64,000 bases of DNA, from positions 1 to 64,000 of the IMG/VR virus record IMGVR_UViG_3300015263_000653; one strand, 5' to 3'. The translations under genes were made by a program, and so were the position numbers. The notes under the pieces were generated by a model. The model worked only from the letters and a program-made list of their open reading frames with translations, was not told where the DNA came from and did no database searches. Positions 10,438 through 20,388 of the stretch are shown piece after piece (positions within the stretch are counted from its first letter, which is position 1; each line of letters begins with the position of its first letter). Source of the DNA: a virus.

Positions 10438-10851
10438 ATGAAACCGAACCCCGGACAACACGTCACTTGCTTGCATGAAATGGCCGCTTACTACTCCAAC
10501 TATGGACCGAACAAAGGCCGACATATCATCTTCCGGCCCGGCATGGTGGGAGTCGTTCACAGCATCACCCCCAAGGTGACACTGCCCAAGCGTGGCACAC
10601 CACTGCCGCCCGGCATCGACCGGAAAGATGAATTCGCCGTGGTCGATTACTTCGACGAGAACAACGAACCGCAACGGGTTGGCTTGAACTTCTGCAACGT
10701 GGTTATCGCTGAACTGCCCCGCAACACTTGCCCCGATTGTGGTGCGCCCAATCGTCCAGACAATGGCGAGCAACTTCATTACGTCAATTGTCCGCATCAC
10801 ACCAAGTGGGTCTTGAAAAGAATTCGACGACGCAAAGCGGCGAAAGCGTAA
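10438..10851 (+). CDS. hypothetical protein with C-terminal CxxC…H…C motif
   Basis: AGGAG SD; stop in repeat. Confidence 0.8.
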   Translation: MKPNPGQHVTCLHEMAAYYSNYGPNKGRHIIFRPGMVGVVHSITPKVTLPKRGTPLPPGIDRKDEFAVVDYFDENNEPQRVGLNFCNVVIAELPRNTCPDCGAPNRPDNGEQLHYVNCPHHTKWVLKRIRRRKAAKA

Positions 10852-10870
10852 CACCCGCTTGTGAAGTGTG

Positions 10871-11042
10871 AGAGAGTGAGCAGGGGGTTGGCCGGTTGTA
10901 TCGGACAATCCTCAAGTCTGCTGAAAGCTCTGCCTGAAGTGCGCACTAGGCTACTTTGGTGAACGTGACCGAAGGAAAAGGTAGATCAGCGGAAGGGATT
11001 GGCATAAACGGGTCGATTCCCGTAACTCCCTGCCCACTCTCT
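10871..11042 (+). ncRNA. tRNA-like structured ncRNA candidate
   Basis: Closing stem AGAGAGTG-GCAGGGGGTT/AACTCCCTGC-CACTCTCT; T-arm-like ACGGG-TCGATT-CCCGT; nested internal helices; no + strand ORF. Confidence 0.6.
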
Positions 11043-11092
11043 AACACCCGCTTGTGAAGCGTACAACACAACAACTTTCACTGGAGATCGCA

Positions 11093-11437
11093 ATGAGCCG
11101 TCGAATCACAATCACTTTCGATGTCGTGGATGAAGAGTCAGCCGCCCAAGGCGACTTCGCCGAAACCGGCTGGATTGACGAAGAGGGAGTGGAGATCACC
11201 CCCGATGAGTATGACCTCGACGATGCCGATGGCGATGAGATCGCCGCCGTGGTCGAACTCGCCAAGAAAACCATTCTCCAGAACGGTTGTGTCGAACCAT
11301 CGTCCAGCCAGTTCCATACCGGAGTCTGGTACACGCAAGTTGACTGCCCGATGGGAGAGGAACGCTATTCGTTCCACCTGAACGACTTCCTCCCCGAAGA
11401 GGAAGAGGCAGTTTACAACGCAATCACCGCCAACTAA
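11093..11437 (+). CDS. hypothetical acidic protein (array cassette)
   Basis: leader + SD; stop in repeat. Confidence 0.85.
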   Translation: MSRRITITFDVVDEESAAQGDFAETGWIDEEGVEITPDEYDLDDADGDEIAAVVELAKKTILQNGCVEPSSSQFHTGVWYTQVDCPMGEERYSFHLNDFLPEEEEAVYNAITAN

Positions 11438-11455
11438 CACCCACTTGGAGGATAC

Positions 11456-12037
11456 ATGAGCCAACTCGAAACACTGGTGAACCGACTGAACCGCCAACTG
11501 GCAGAAATCAATGCCCTCGTGCGGTTCAAGTACGCCCCTCGCAACAACTATGCCGCCGTCGATGAATTCGACGTGGACGTGGACGGGAATCGGACAAGCA
11601 CCGGCGACCGAAACGTGGCCTGCGGCACTCGCACCGAAGTCACCGACAAAGTGCAGGAACGGTATGAGGAACTGTTTGACACCCGCTTGGGAGAAGTCGA
11701 AGCCCTGCGGGATCGCTTGACCAAGATCAAGGCCAAAGCACGATTGAAATATCTGCGTGGCGAGATCGAAGCCGAACGCATCAGCTACGGCGAGATCGCA
11801 GAACTGCAATCGCTGGTGGAACACATCGACGATGGCGATGTTCTGCTGCTGGAGTGGGCTGGTGTCCCTGAGTTTCCCCCGGATACCGCTCCCTGCCTCG
11901 GTTGCGGTATCACACAAGTCGCTGTCGAAATCCTCGATAACGGTGGCGTGCCGGTCAATCGGTATCGCATCAAGTTGCCCGAATCGTGCGAAGTCAACAT
12001 CGACGAAGAGAACGGCGAAATCATCATCGACAACTAA
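11456..12037 (+). CDS. hypothetical protein containing an internal repeat copy
   Basis: GGAGG SD; in-frame DTRL at 11677. Confidence 0.8.
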   Translation: MSQLETLVNRLNRQLAEINALVRFKYAPRNNYAAVDEFDVDVDGNRTSTGDRNVACGTRTEVTDKVQERYEELFDTRLGEVEALRDRLTKIKAKARLKYLRGEIEAERISYGEIAELQSLVEHIDDGDVLLLEWAGVPEFPPDTAPCLGCGITQVAVEILDNGGVPVNRYRIKLPESCEVNIDEENGEIIIDN

Positions 12038-12082
12038 CACCCGCTTGAACAGCGTCAACACAACCCATAACAGGAGACCCAC

Positions 12083-12328
12083 ATGACACAGAATGGCCCC
12101 ACAGTGATCGCTGGCGAACAGAATGTCCGCAACGCCCGTGTTCTGGCACTGCGGAGTATGCTCGGCCTCGAAATCAAGGGACTGGGCCGACGTGGGCGAA
12201 GTGCCTACTCCATCGTCAAAGAGGAATTCGGCTTCAAGGGCGGCAAGCAAAAGGTCTATGACCAACTGGACGCCCATATCAAGGCGAATATCCTGCCCGA
12301 TCCGCCCACTGAGGCAACGACCGAGTAA
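12083..12328 (+). CDS. hypothetical protein (array cassette)
   Basis: leader + SD; stop in repeat. Confidence 0.85.
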   Translation: MTQNGPTVIAGEQNVRNARVLALRSMLGLEIKGLGRRGRSAYSIVKEEFGFKGGKQKVYDQLDAHIKANILPDPPTEATTE

Positions 12329-12372
12329 CACCCGCTTGGCAACCGTCAACACCAATCAACAGGAGAACAACA

Positions 12373-12696
12373 ATGTCCTTTGGAACGACGGTTGCCGATG
12401 CACTGAGAACCGCTGGATTCAACGTCACCGACGTTTACCAGTACGAATTTCGCTCGGTCGATATTGAGATTGGCGAAGAGTCGCTGACGTTCGGACTGCA
12501 ACACGATGGAACGGTGACGTGGCATGATTTCACTCACACCACTGTCATCGCTCCCATCGACAAGCCGGATGAACTCGTCGCCGCCTTCACCGAACTTCTC
12601 CCGCTAAGGGACGAAGCCCTGCAAGAGTGGATCGCAAGCCGCAAGTGGGAAACGCAAGAGCAACACCCGCTTGGACAACACAACACACCTTACTGA
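12373..12696 (+). CDS. hypothetical protein (reads through a CAAC repeat variant)
   Basis: SD; C-terminus QHPLGQHNTPY is encoded by repeat and leader. Confidence 0.8.
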   Translation: MSFGTTVADALRTAGFNVTDVYQYEFRSVDIEIGEESLTFGLQHDGTVTWHDFTHTTVIAPIDKPDELVAAFTELLPLRDEALQEWIASRKWETQEQHPLGQHNTPY

Positions 12697-12712
12697 GAAC
12701 AGGAGATCGCTT

Positions 12713-13102
12713 ATGTCAAGTCCGATTCGTCACCGCCTCTGCCGAGACGTTTGTTTCTCTCAAATCGTCGGAGCAATGCGGGATCGCTGCAACGCCCACT
12801 GGCTGGTCGATGCCATCGCTTCTCACCTGCAAGCCGGGAAGGAATTCAAGGCCGCTTGTGAGAAAGATGAACGCTTCCGTGATATGTCCATCTGGATTCT
12901 GCGGAAGACCGGCGACAGCACCGCCGAACTGATCGCCGTCGCTGACACCGACGCCGCATCCATGCGAAGGCCCGCCGTTCGTCAAGAGATTGAGCACACC
13001 GATTTCCCCTTCGACATTGAGGGGCAATACAAGTGCTACGCCTGCTGGACGATGATCGACGACAAGCCCTGCTATTACATCATCGACCCCAAGGAATACT
13101 AG
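12713..13102 (+). CDS. DUF6876-like phage protein
   Basis: WLVDAIASH…W.L…QEIE.TDFP motif, recognised from memory. Confidence 0.6.
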   Translation: MSSPIRHRLCRDVCFSQIVGAMRDRCNAHWLVDAIASHLQAGKEFKAACEKDERFRDMSIWILRKTGDSTAELIAVADTDAASMRRPAVRQEIEHTDFPFDIEGQYKCYACWTMIDDKPCYYIIDPKEY

Positions 13103-13177
13103 GGCAACACCCGCTTGGAAGACACCGGGGAGAATCGTCTCCCCGGTCATTCCAAAAATTGTACTGGAGAACAACGC

Positions 13178-13429
13178 ATGAAGACGATTTACCTGCTCAT
13201 GTGGGAAGGTCAACTTGGCGGTGGTGGCGGTGGCGGTTTTGAATGGCATCCAGAAAAACAGGTCATGGTCGAAACCCTTGCGAACTTTCTCCGCACCGGC
13301 CCCAAAAAGACCTACTACTGGGAGTTTGAGATCAAAGTCCCGTCCACGGCAACCGAGGATGAAATCAACGAGATCATCGAAAATCGGGCTGAGGAACTCC
13401 AAAACAGCAAGGTCGCCAGCCGGGTTTAA
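13178..13429 (+). CDS. hypothetical protein (array cassette)
   Basis: SD; stop in repeat. Confidence 0.8.
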   Translation: MKTIYLLMWEGQLGGGGGGGFEWHPEKQVMVETLANFLRTGPKKTYYWEFEIKVPSTATEDEINEIIENRAEELQNSKVASRV

Positions 13430-13471
13430 CACCCGCTTGGAAAACAACACAACACCTTTCAGGAGATCGCC

Positions 13472-13693
13472 ATGAACGATTTGCTCGCTGTAATCTTCTC
13501 GCCTGTCGCTCTCAGTGATGAAAAGCTGAGAGAACTGTCGGAGCATGGTATCAAAACCGGCACGGTTGTCGTCGCCGGTTGCGAAGACCGACAATGTTTC
13601 TGGACTCCACCCGGCTCGCCGCCTACCGTCGTCTGGAAGTCGGAAGACGAAGCCCAACAATGGATGGACGAATCGTTGCTCGGAGCGGGGTAA
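13472..13693 (+). CDS. hypothetical protein (array cassette)
   Basis: leader + SD; stop in repeat. Confidence 0.8.
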   Translation: MNDLLAVIFSPVALSDEKLRELSEHGIKTGTVVVAGCEDRQCFWTPPGSPPTVVWKSEDEAQQWMDESLLGAG

Positions 13694-13741
13694 CACCCGC
13701 TTGAACAACGTACAACACACACAACACTGGAGAACAAAACC

Positions 13742-13969
13742 ATGCTCGTTCGTGACTGGGAAGGGAAAATGGTCGAAGCCCCCGCCGACCTCAAGATTGC
13801 CGTCGCAACCTACTCCGACAATTACATCGTCTGGAGTCGCACCGGCAAGCGTCATCAAGTGCGGTATGGGCTGGAAGTCACCCCCTGCGGCAACGCCAAC
13901 GATGCCGCTCACAAGTTTGGTGAGTGTGTTCAACACTTCGCCGCCTGCGAAGGGAAGCTGGACGACTAA
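13742..13969 (+). CDS. hypothetical protein (array cassette)
   Basis: leader + SD; stop in repeat. Confidence 0.85.
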   Translation: MLVRDWEGKMVEAPADLKIAVATYSDNYIVWSRTGKRHQVRYGLEVTPCGNANDAAHKFGECVQHFAACEGKLDD

Positions 13970-14014
13970 CACCCGCTTGTAGAGAAACAACACAACACCT
14001 TTCAGGAGATCGCC

Positions 14015-14368
14015 ATGTACCGCTATCGTGACACCAATTGTTCAACCAAGGGATCGCTTCGGGCCATGAAGCACCTGCTGAAGCTCGGCACAATCACCGC
14101 CATCCGGGGTTACATTTACTTCGGACGTTACAACACGCTCCACGTCGGCGTGATGGTTCACGGTGAGAACGGAACCTGCCGATTCGGCGGTTTCTCATGG
14201 GGTTACGGTGGCGAAGGCCCACGGGGACTCAATGAGTTGTTCGCTCGCCTCAATGTCCCGCAAGCGGAACAAGCCCGGATTCAATCCATCCCGTGGACTG
14301 GCTGGAACGCCGTTCGTGAAGTGTGGCGAATCGACATGACTGCCCTTGAACAACGACAAGCGGCCTAA
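14015..14368 (+). CDS. hypothetical protein with FSWGYGGEGP motif (DUF6166-like)
   Basis: WGYGG.GP motif; ends RQAA. Confidence 0.7.
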   Translation: MYRYRDTNCSTKGSLRAMKHLLKLGTITAIRGYIYFGRYNTLHVGVMVHGENGTCRFGGFSWGYGGEGPRGLNELFARLNVPQAEQARIQSIPWTGWNAVREVWRIDMTALEQRQAA

Positions 14369-14441
14369 CACCCGCTTGAAGGGCATCACCGGCGCACGCC
14401 GCTTCGCACCAAACAACTTCACAACTTACGAAGGGAAACCC

Positions 14442-14699
14442 ATGTACGAAGACCTCAAAGCCATCGCTGATCGGCTCGAAGAACTCAATGAGGACAGTTC
14501 TGAGAACTCGGAATACTGGTCGCTGCAAGAGCGTTTCAAGCCGATGCTCGAAGCCGCTCTGCTGGAACAAAACCTTGTCCAGTTCACCAAGCCGCAACTA
14601 TTCGACCTGATGTGCTGGATCGGCACTCACCGGCCCGTCCCCCTGCACACCGTTTTCTCGTCGTTCAGCCTTGCTCGAAAGTACGGACTGCCCGAATAA
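14442..14699 (+). CDS. hypothetical protein (array cassette)
   Basis: stop in repeat. Confidence 0.8.
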   Translation: MYEDLKAIADRLEELNEDSSENSEYWSLQERFKPMLEAALLEQNLVQFTKPQLFDLMCWIGTHRPVPLHTVFSSFSLARKYGLPE

Positions 14700-14750
14700 C
14701 ACCCGCTTGTAGGGCATCGAGAGTAAACACAACACCATCTTGGAGAACCC

Positions 14751-15029
14751 ATGACCGACCCCACCATTCGCCGTTACATGCTGGTCTCTGACTATTCCAA
14801 CAATCAGACCGATCTGGAATGGCAAAGACTTTTGGAACGGATCGCTGTGACCGAACCGACATTGCTGCTGCAAGCTGTCGTGACAAAACACGGCTTGCGT
14901 GGCACAATGAACGAATTGGCCGATGCCGTCGAAGGGATGGAAAGCGTCCCCTATCTGCCAGTCGGGGAGAAAATCCACCCGGCAGACGTGAAGACTGCCC
15001 TCAACAACATTCGGGCTGACTTGTTCTAA
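14751..15029 (+). CDS. hypothetical protein (array cassette)
   Basis: leader + SD; stop in repeat. Confidence 0.8.
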   Translation: MTDPTIRRYMLVSDYSNNQTDLEWQRLLERIAVTEPTLLLQAVVTKHGLRGTMNELADAVEGMESVPYLPVGEKIHPADVKTALNNIRADLF

Positions 15030-15082
15030 CACCCGCTTGGACTGCGGTAACACACAACACAACTTTTGGATTGGAGATCGAC

Positions 15083-15376
15083 ATGAAACCCGGAGAAGGC
15101 GCAGCACACCTGCGAAAACTGCGAAAGCACTCGCCACTGCGAACCGACGTGACATTCCCCGAAGAGGAACACGTTGCCCACGCCGTGGCAAAGGCTCTCG
15201 ATGATCTGTGGTCCTGTAACGGCATCCACCCCGCTCGAATCGCTGGGCTGGCTCTCGAAGAGGCAAACAGCCATCAAGCCGCCGCCGTTTGCTTCGCTCT
15301 GGCCGAAGGCGATTTGTCGGTGGAAAAGTTGCGGGAGATCCTCGCCATCCGCAATCACATCGAAGTCACCGGCTAA
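15083..15376 (+). CDS. hypothetical protein (array cassette)
   Basis: leader + SD; stop in repeat. Confidence 0.8.
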   Translation: MKPGEGAAHLRKLRKHSPLRTDVTFPEEEHVAHAVAKALDDLWSCNGIHPARIAGLALEEANSHQAAAVCFALAEGDLSVEKLREILAIRNHIEVTG

Positions 15377-15399
15377 CACCCGCTTGGAAAGGACAAGAC

Positions 15400-15510
15400 A
15401 TGATCGTTGACAGAAAACAGAAGCGTCTGATTCGACGCATCAACTGGAAACTGATGCCTTGGCAAAGGAAACGACGGTTCACAATCCTCGGCTGGCAAGT
15501 CTGGCTGTAA
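15400..15510 (+). CDS. small basic peptide (36 aa)
   Basis: AAGGA SD; fills the space between two repeats. Confidence 0.65.
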   Translation: MIVDRKQKRLIRRINWKLMPWQRKRRFTILGWQVWL

Positions 15511-15556
15511 CACCCGCTTGAACCCAGTCAACACAACACTCACAGGAGATCAGAAC

Positions 15557-15898
15557 ATGAACATGATTCAGCGTGCCGCTCTGTCGCCCGTCCCCGGAAA
15601 CCACAAGGTGATCGCTGGTGGACCCATCACCCTCCAGCCGCATTCTCGTGCCTATCGGGTTGTTATCGCCAACTGGGGTGACAAGCTCTCGGTTCATCAG
15701 GAAATTTTCGACGTGGACAAGGCCGACAACGCCGACGACCTCGCCGAAGCGTGCCGCAACGCCGAAAGCTGGCTCGATCAGGGCAGTTACTTCGGATACG
15801 ACGAACTTCACAAGGCCCAAAGCGAATTCGCCAACCGGCTGACGAAGCACGCCTATCACGTTGAAAGCATCTACCGGGATGTTCAGGCTGCCGCCTAA
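15557..15898 (+). CDS. hypothetical protein (array cassette)
   Basis: leader + SD; ends VQAAA. Confidence 0.85.
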   Translation: MNMIQRAALSPVPGNHKVIAGGPITLQPHSRAYRVVIANWGDKLSVHQEIFDVDKADNADDLAEACRNAESWLDQGSYFGYDELHKAQSEFANRLTKHAYHVESIYRDVQAAA

Positions 15899-15970
15899 CA
15901 CCCACTTGGACACCATGAGAGGGTGACAACGAGTCACCCCAAACAACCCTAGTTTTGAGGAGACTGCCCT

Positions 15971-16345
15971 ATGACCATGCGAAACCCCCGTGGCAAGACG
16001 TTGAACCGTGCAATGCGGGATGCGGAAGCGAACTTCCGCTATCTCCAGAAGTTGACGGTCAACACTTCGCCGACCCTGAATCGGCTCGGCTCTGTCGCCG
16101 TGGCAACCATCCCAAAGGCTCCGAAAGATGGCTCGAACAAGCTGACTCTCAGCGTTCGTGGCATCGCCGAAGAGTCCGCCCGGATCGCCAAGGTGCTCAA
16201 AAACGGTGTCACCGCCGACCAGATTGCCGCTGGTGCGACCGTTCCCGTCAAGTTCAGCCGCATCGACGTGATGGTGACGTTCAAGATCGACGCCGCCGCC
16301 GTCAATGCCGCTCAGGAACGTGTCAAGCGTCGGATCGCTGCCTGA
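15971..16345 (+). CDS. hypothetical basic protein (array cassette)
   Basis: GAGGAG SD; ends RRIAA. Confidence 0.85.
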   Translation: MTMRNPRGKTLNRAMRDAEANFRYLQKLTVNTSPTLNRLGSVAVATIPKAPKDGSNKLTLSVRGIAEESARIAKVLKNGVTADQIAAGATVPVKFSRIDVMVTFKIDAAAVNAAQERVKRRIAA

Positions 16346-16463
16346 GTGACACCCGCTTGGGAAGCGTGAGGCAAACGCCGCCCTGCCTCACGCTTCCCAA
16401 CTCTTTCATCTAACACCCGCTTGGGAAGCGTACAACACACAACACCTTTTACTGGAGATCGCA

Positions 16464-17069
16464 ATGATGACCACGACCATGACCCCAAAGGATGCTTGGC
16501 TGTACGCTGCAAGCTGGGGATCGCTGATCCGAAGCGGAGACCCCGGCGCATGTATGTACGGATTCAATGAGTCCTGCCGCCCTCAGTCTGAGGAACACCG
16601 GCAAGCGGTTCTCGAATACGTCAAGGGTTGCCGTGCCGCTGTGGAAGCAAGCCCGGAAGACTACGATGATGATGAACTGGAAAAGATGGATGCGTTCGTC
16701 GAATTCATCACCAATCGGGGCATCACCGGTCAAGAGCGTGAACCATTCATCATCGAAATCAGCCTTTGCGGCTCGGTGAGCGTTTGCAAGATGGATGGCA
16801 GTGAGATCGACGGCGATTTGCTCAACGATCTGGCCGACTGCAATGCCAGCGGAGATTGCGAACCCGCTTGTCGATACGTTCTCGACCAGTACAAGCCCGA
16901 ATTTCGCATCGTTCGCAAGGTCGGTGACAAGTATGAAAACGTGATCGCCTCGGCAAAGGAAAAGAAAGCCGTCTGCAAAACGATCTATTTCGACTCCGAA
17001 ACCGACTTCGACGATGAGGACAACTGCAACGTCTACCTGATGTGGGAAGCCGCTCACGACGAAGAGTAA
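16464..17069 (+). CDS. hypothetical protein (array cassette)
   Basis: leader + SD; stop in repeat. Confidence 0.85.
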   Translation: MMTTTMTPKDAWLYAASWGSLIRSGDPGACMYGFNESCRPQSEEHRQAVLEYVKGCRAAVEASPEDYDDDELEKMDAFVEFITNRGITGQEREPFIIEISLCGSVSVCKMDGSEIDGDLLNDLADCNASGDCEPACRYVLDQYKPEFRIVRKVGDKYENVIASAKEKKAVCKTIYFDSETDFDDEDNCNVYLMWEAAHDEE

Positions 17070-17234
17070 CACCCGCTTGGACACCATCTGAGAAACATGC
17101 AATACCTCGAAGGCTCCGAATGGAAAGGAGGTGGCCCATGAAGTTCTGAACCCCGATCTGAATTGAACATGAGGTACGCCGGGGGAGGCAACTCCCCCGG
17201 CTACGCCTAACACCCGCTTGAAGGAAAACAACAC

Positions 17235-17426
17235 ATGAACCCATCGACTCACAACGGATTCATTCTGGCCTATTCCGGCCCCGTGTTTCCGGCATCAACC
17301 GCCAACCAAATCACCTACGATTGCTTTTGCTTCATGGGCGGATTGGCGAACGGACGATTGCAAAAGATCGAAAAACGAAACGGCAGCCACGTTTACCACA
17401 CCTACCATCGGTGCGACACTGCCTAA
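17235..17426 (+). CDS. hypothetical protein (array cassette)
   Basis: flanked by identical 25-bp junctions. Confidence 0.75.
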   Translation: MNPSTHNGFILAYSGPVFPASTANQITYDCFCFMGGLANGRLQKIEKRNGSHVYHTYHRCDTA

Positions 17427-17448
17427 CACCCGCTTGAAGGAAAACGAC

Positions 17449-17685
17449 ATGATTCGTGACAGATTGAAACGAAAACACCTTGCGGATCGCAAACCGTTGC
17501 ATGAAATGCACGCTGGCCCCGGCTGGCTGTGGGATCGCAACGAAGTGGGAGAGGCACGCAAACGGGTCGCTGCAAAGCACTATATCCGTCGCCACTCAAC
17601 CATGAATGTGATCGACGTGAGAGACCTGCCCACGCCGGTATTGGTTGTGATCGCAAAATCTGTCAAACAACTGACTGGCCGCTAA
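17449..17685 (+). CDS. hypothetical protein (array cassette)
   Basis: AAGGA SD; stop in repeat. Confidence 0.75.
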   Translation: MIRDRLKRKHLADRKPLHEMHAGPGWLWDRNEVGEARKRVAAKHYIRRHSTMNVIDVRDLPTPVLVVIAKSVKQLTGR

Positions 17686-17731
17686 CACCCGCTTGTTCGT
17701 CGTCAACACAACCCTTTCACTGGAGAACACT

Positions 17732-18091
17732 ATGCAACACCGCATCATCGAAGGCGACGAAAACAAGGTCGGCAAGCTGGTTATCACCATCGACGCCGAT
17801 GAACAAGCCGAACTGAGAGAGTTGATCGAACCGCTTGTCTGTAACTCCGAATTGCAGTGGATCAACCCGGAAGATACCGGCGACCTCACCGACGCCCCCA
17901 TGCTGGGCATCCTCGGCGAAGAGTCCACCGAAAACACCGGCCCCTTCGGGGCAATCCAGTGCGGTTTCTGGGATGGCAAACCCCGCTTTCAACCGATTCT
18001 CAACCGCTGGGCATTCATGGAATCGGCCCTGCGAAGCCCCCTCGAAGACCTGCTCGAAAAGGGCGAAGTGGTTTTCGTGGATCGCAACTAA
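17732..18091 (+). CDS. hypothetical protein (array cassette)
   Basis: leader + SD; stop in repeat. Confidence 0.85.
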   Translation: MQHRIIEGDENKVGKLVITIDADEQAELRELIEPLVCNSELQWINPEDTGDLTDAPMLGILGEESTENTGPFGAIQCGFWDGKPRFQPILNRWAFMESALRSPLEDLLEKGEVVFVDRN

Positions 18092-18136
18092 CACCCGCTT
18101 GGCAAGAGTCAACACAACCCAACCAATGGAGAACCA

Positions 18137-18565
18137 ATGATTCGATTCTTCGGAACTGAGACGTGTTTGCCTCGCTGGCGTGAGATCGTGATTGAACTCA
18201 CCGGCAAGCCTTGCACCGAAATCATTCCAGCACCGGCCCGCTCCAATGTCAGCTTTCAATTCGATGCCGACATTGACAACGCTGATCGGGAAACCCTGAT
18301 GGTCCCTTGGCGTCAAGAGACCGGTATCCCCGGCGTAACCGATGCTCAAAGCCGTCCCCTGCTGTGGAACTGCTGTGTCGCTTACGAAGAACACCCGCTT
18401 GGAGTGAAGACAATGGAAAAGCCCCTCAGTGCGATGGAAGAGTGGATGGTCAAATCCAATCTGCAAACGATTGCCGATGGAAGAGACGCCGCCGATCTGG
18501 TCGCTGAATTGCGCCACAATGGCTACCTGAGAGTCGCCGCCGCTGTCGAAGCCCGTTCCAAGTAA
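18137..18565 (+). CDS. hypothetical protein with an internal repeat copy (possible internal start ~18413)
   Basis: EHPLG encoded by the repeat at 18389. Confidence 0.75.
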   Translation: MIRFFGTETCLPRWREIVIELTGKPCTEIIPAPARSNVSFQFDADIDNADRETLMVPWRQETGIPGVTDAQSRPLLWNCCVAYEEHPLGVKTMEKPLSAMEEWMVKSNLQTIADGRDAADLVAELRHNGYLRVAAAVEARSK

Positions 18566-18612
18566 CACCCGCTTGGATCATGTAACAACACAACACCTAA
18601 CTGGAGATCGCT

Positions 18613-18978
18613 ATGAGAACTCGACCTGCACTCGACTCGGATCGTCAAGCCGAAGCCTTTGCACATGAAAGCCCCCGGCTGGCAATCTGTGAAGGAAATC
18701 TGAGGAACGGCAACCTCAACCGCCCGCCGCAAGTGTTCCTCGAAATCGACGGGGAAGACATCCAAATCTGTGACACCGTTCTGAATATCGCCATCCGGCG
18801 ACCACACGACGGTCGGTATGCCCGTGTCAACCTCGTGCTGTCAGCGTCCCACGACGGCAATAAGGTCCGGGCTATCCTCCAATGCGTGGGAACGACGAAA
18901 GAGTTTCGCAAGGAACAACAGGCGCATTTCGTCTGGAACTATGACGATGAGCGGCAATCCTACGAACCCGCCGTCTAA
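18613..18978 (+). CDS. hypothetical protein (array cassette)
   Basis: leader + SD; stop in repeat. Confidence 0.85.
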   Translation: MRTRPALDSDRQAEAFAHESPRLAICEGNLRNGNLNRPPQVFLEIDGEDIQICDTVLNIAIRRPHDGRYARVNLVLSASHDGNKVRAILQCVGTTKEFRKEQQAHFVWNYDDERQSYEPAV

Positions 18979-18990
18979 CACCCGCTTGAA

Positions 18991-19085
18991 CAACGTCAGC
19001 AGTCATCCGAAAATGACACCTAACCAAAGGCCGTAAAACTTTGCCGGGGCCGGGCTGGACAGTAGGCTCTGAACTGCTGATGTTT
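18991..19085 (+). other. non-coding structured cassette
   Basis: AACGTCAGCAGT…ACTGCTGATGTT closing stem between repeats 18976 and 19092. Confidence 0.55.
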
Positions 19086-19113
19086 TTCACTCAACACCCG
19101 CTTGGAGAGAGAC

Positions 19114-19419
19114 ATGACAAACAAACGCTATCACGGTCGCTGCGAAATCAAGCCGAAAACCAGAGGCAATGGAAACGAAGCCGACTTCCGGTTGCGAGAT
19201 TATCTCTCACCGGGCGGACGATACCCCTACGCCGATCTGGCTGGAGACTTGGAAGCCGCCCTCGCCGATGGTTTCACCGTCTATCTGTTCTCGGTCCCCG
19301 GCTTTATGATGCTCGCCGGGCATCCCTCGGAACCGGGCTGTGAAGACCTCGAACCGTGGCACGTCACCGACGCCGGGGATGAATACCACAAAACCGCCGC
19401 TGAGGCACTCCGGGTCTAA
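19114..19419 (+). CDS. hypothetical protein (array cassette)
   Basis: SD; stop in repeat. Confidence 0.8.
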   Translation: MTNKRYHGRCEIKPKTRGNGNEADFRLRDYLSPGGRYPYADLAGDLEAALADGFTVYLFSVPGFMMLAGHPSEPGCEDLEPWHVTDAGDEYHKTAAEALRV

Positions 19420-19471
19420 CACCCGCTTGAACCCTGTCACAACACAACACCTTTCACTGGAGATCGAAAAC

Positions 19472-19798
19472 ATGCGAACGACCGAAACCGTCACCATCAA
19501 GGCCACTCCCGAAGCTGTCAAGCTGGCTCGCACCGCTTTGCAGATTCAAGACGCCTGCAACCCCCTCGCCGTCGCCAACCAACTTGAAGTGACACAACGG
19601 CACTTCCGGGATGGGACAAGTCAGGGACAGAAGTACGGCGGAAGCGATATGGGCCTCCAAAACCCTGTCAGCATCGCCATCCTCAACAAGCTCAATGACC
19701 TCGCCGGTCTCGAACAATCCCGCACCGATTGTTTCGACGCCTGCCAGAAACTCGCCGAAGGCGACGACGCCGACTGGGAAATCAACTTCCTCAACTAA
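19472..19798 (+). CDS. hypothetical protein (array cassette)
   Basis: leader + SD; stop in repeat. Confidence 0.85.
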   Translation: MRTTETVTIKATPEAVKLARTALQIQDACNPLAVANQLEVTQRHFRDGTSQGQKYGGSDMGLQNPVSIAILNKLNDLAGLEQSRTDCFDACQKLAEGDDADWEINFLN

Positions 19799-19869
19799 CA
19801 CCCGCTTGGATGATGCCGGGGAGAACAACCTCCCCGGCACTCAATCCAAAATTTGTACTGGGAGAAACC

Positions 19870-20388
19870 ATGCCTCACAAACTCACCATCCGAAAGATGC
19901 GACCAACCGCCGAACAAGTTGCCATTGTCAGGCAATTCGCATCCGCCGAATCACGACCCGATTCCGCCGAATATGAACGGTTTCAACGGCAAATGAACAA
20001 GGTCAATCCACCCAAAATGAAAGCGAAAGAGCGGAAAGCTATCCCCAACACCACGCAAGGATTCAACCCCGGCGACATCCGACTAACACCCGCTTTCAAC
20101 GCAACGGACCTGCCCAAAGGTTACGCCGTCACAAGCTGTTACGACTCTGGTGGAAACCATCAAGTCGAAGCCGCTGGTACTGCCCTGCTACGGTTCATCT
20201 GGAACGGATGGGCCGGAAGAGGCGCAGGACAAAAATGGGCAAACCAAGTGCTCGATGAGATCGAGCGTAACACCCGCTTGCAAGATACCGATTGGGACGA
20301 ATACGAACGACGTGTCACCGACCTCGAAAACCAAGGTCTCACCCGTTCTGACGCTCAAGGTGTCGTCGATCTGGAGATGCGTCATTGA
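19870..20388 (+). CDS. hypothetical protein spanning two internal repeat copies
   Basis: repeats at 20084 (LTPAF) and 20268 (NTRL) lie within the ORF. Confidence 0.7.
   Translation: MPHKLTIRKMRPTAEQVAIVRQFASAESRPDSAEYERFQRQMNKVNPPKMKAKERKAIPNTTQGFNPGDIRLTPAFNATDLPKGYAVTSCYDSGGNHQVEAAGTALLRFIWNGWAGRGAGQKWANQVLDEIERNTRLQDTDWDEYERRVTDLENQGLTRSDAQGVVDLEMRH

Noticed and set aside
10871-11042. Standard tRNA gene
   Set aside because: There is no canonical D-arm or anticodon arm, the insert is ~110 nt and the T-loop has 6 nt; kept only as a tRNA-like candidate.
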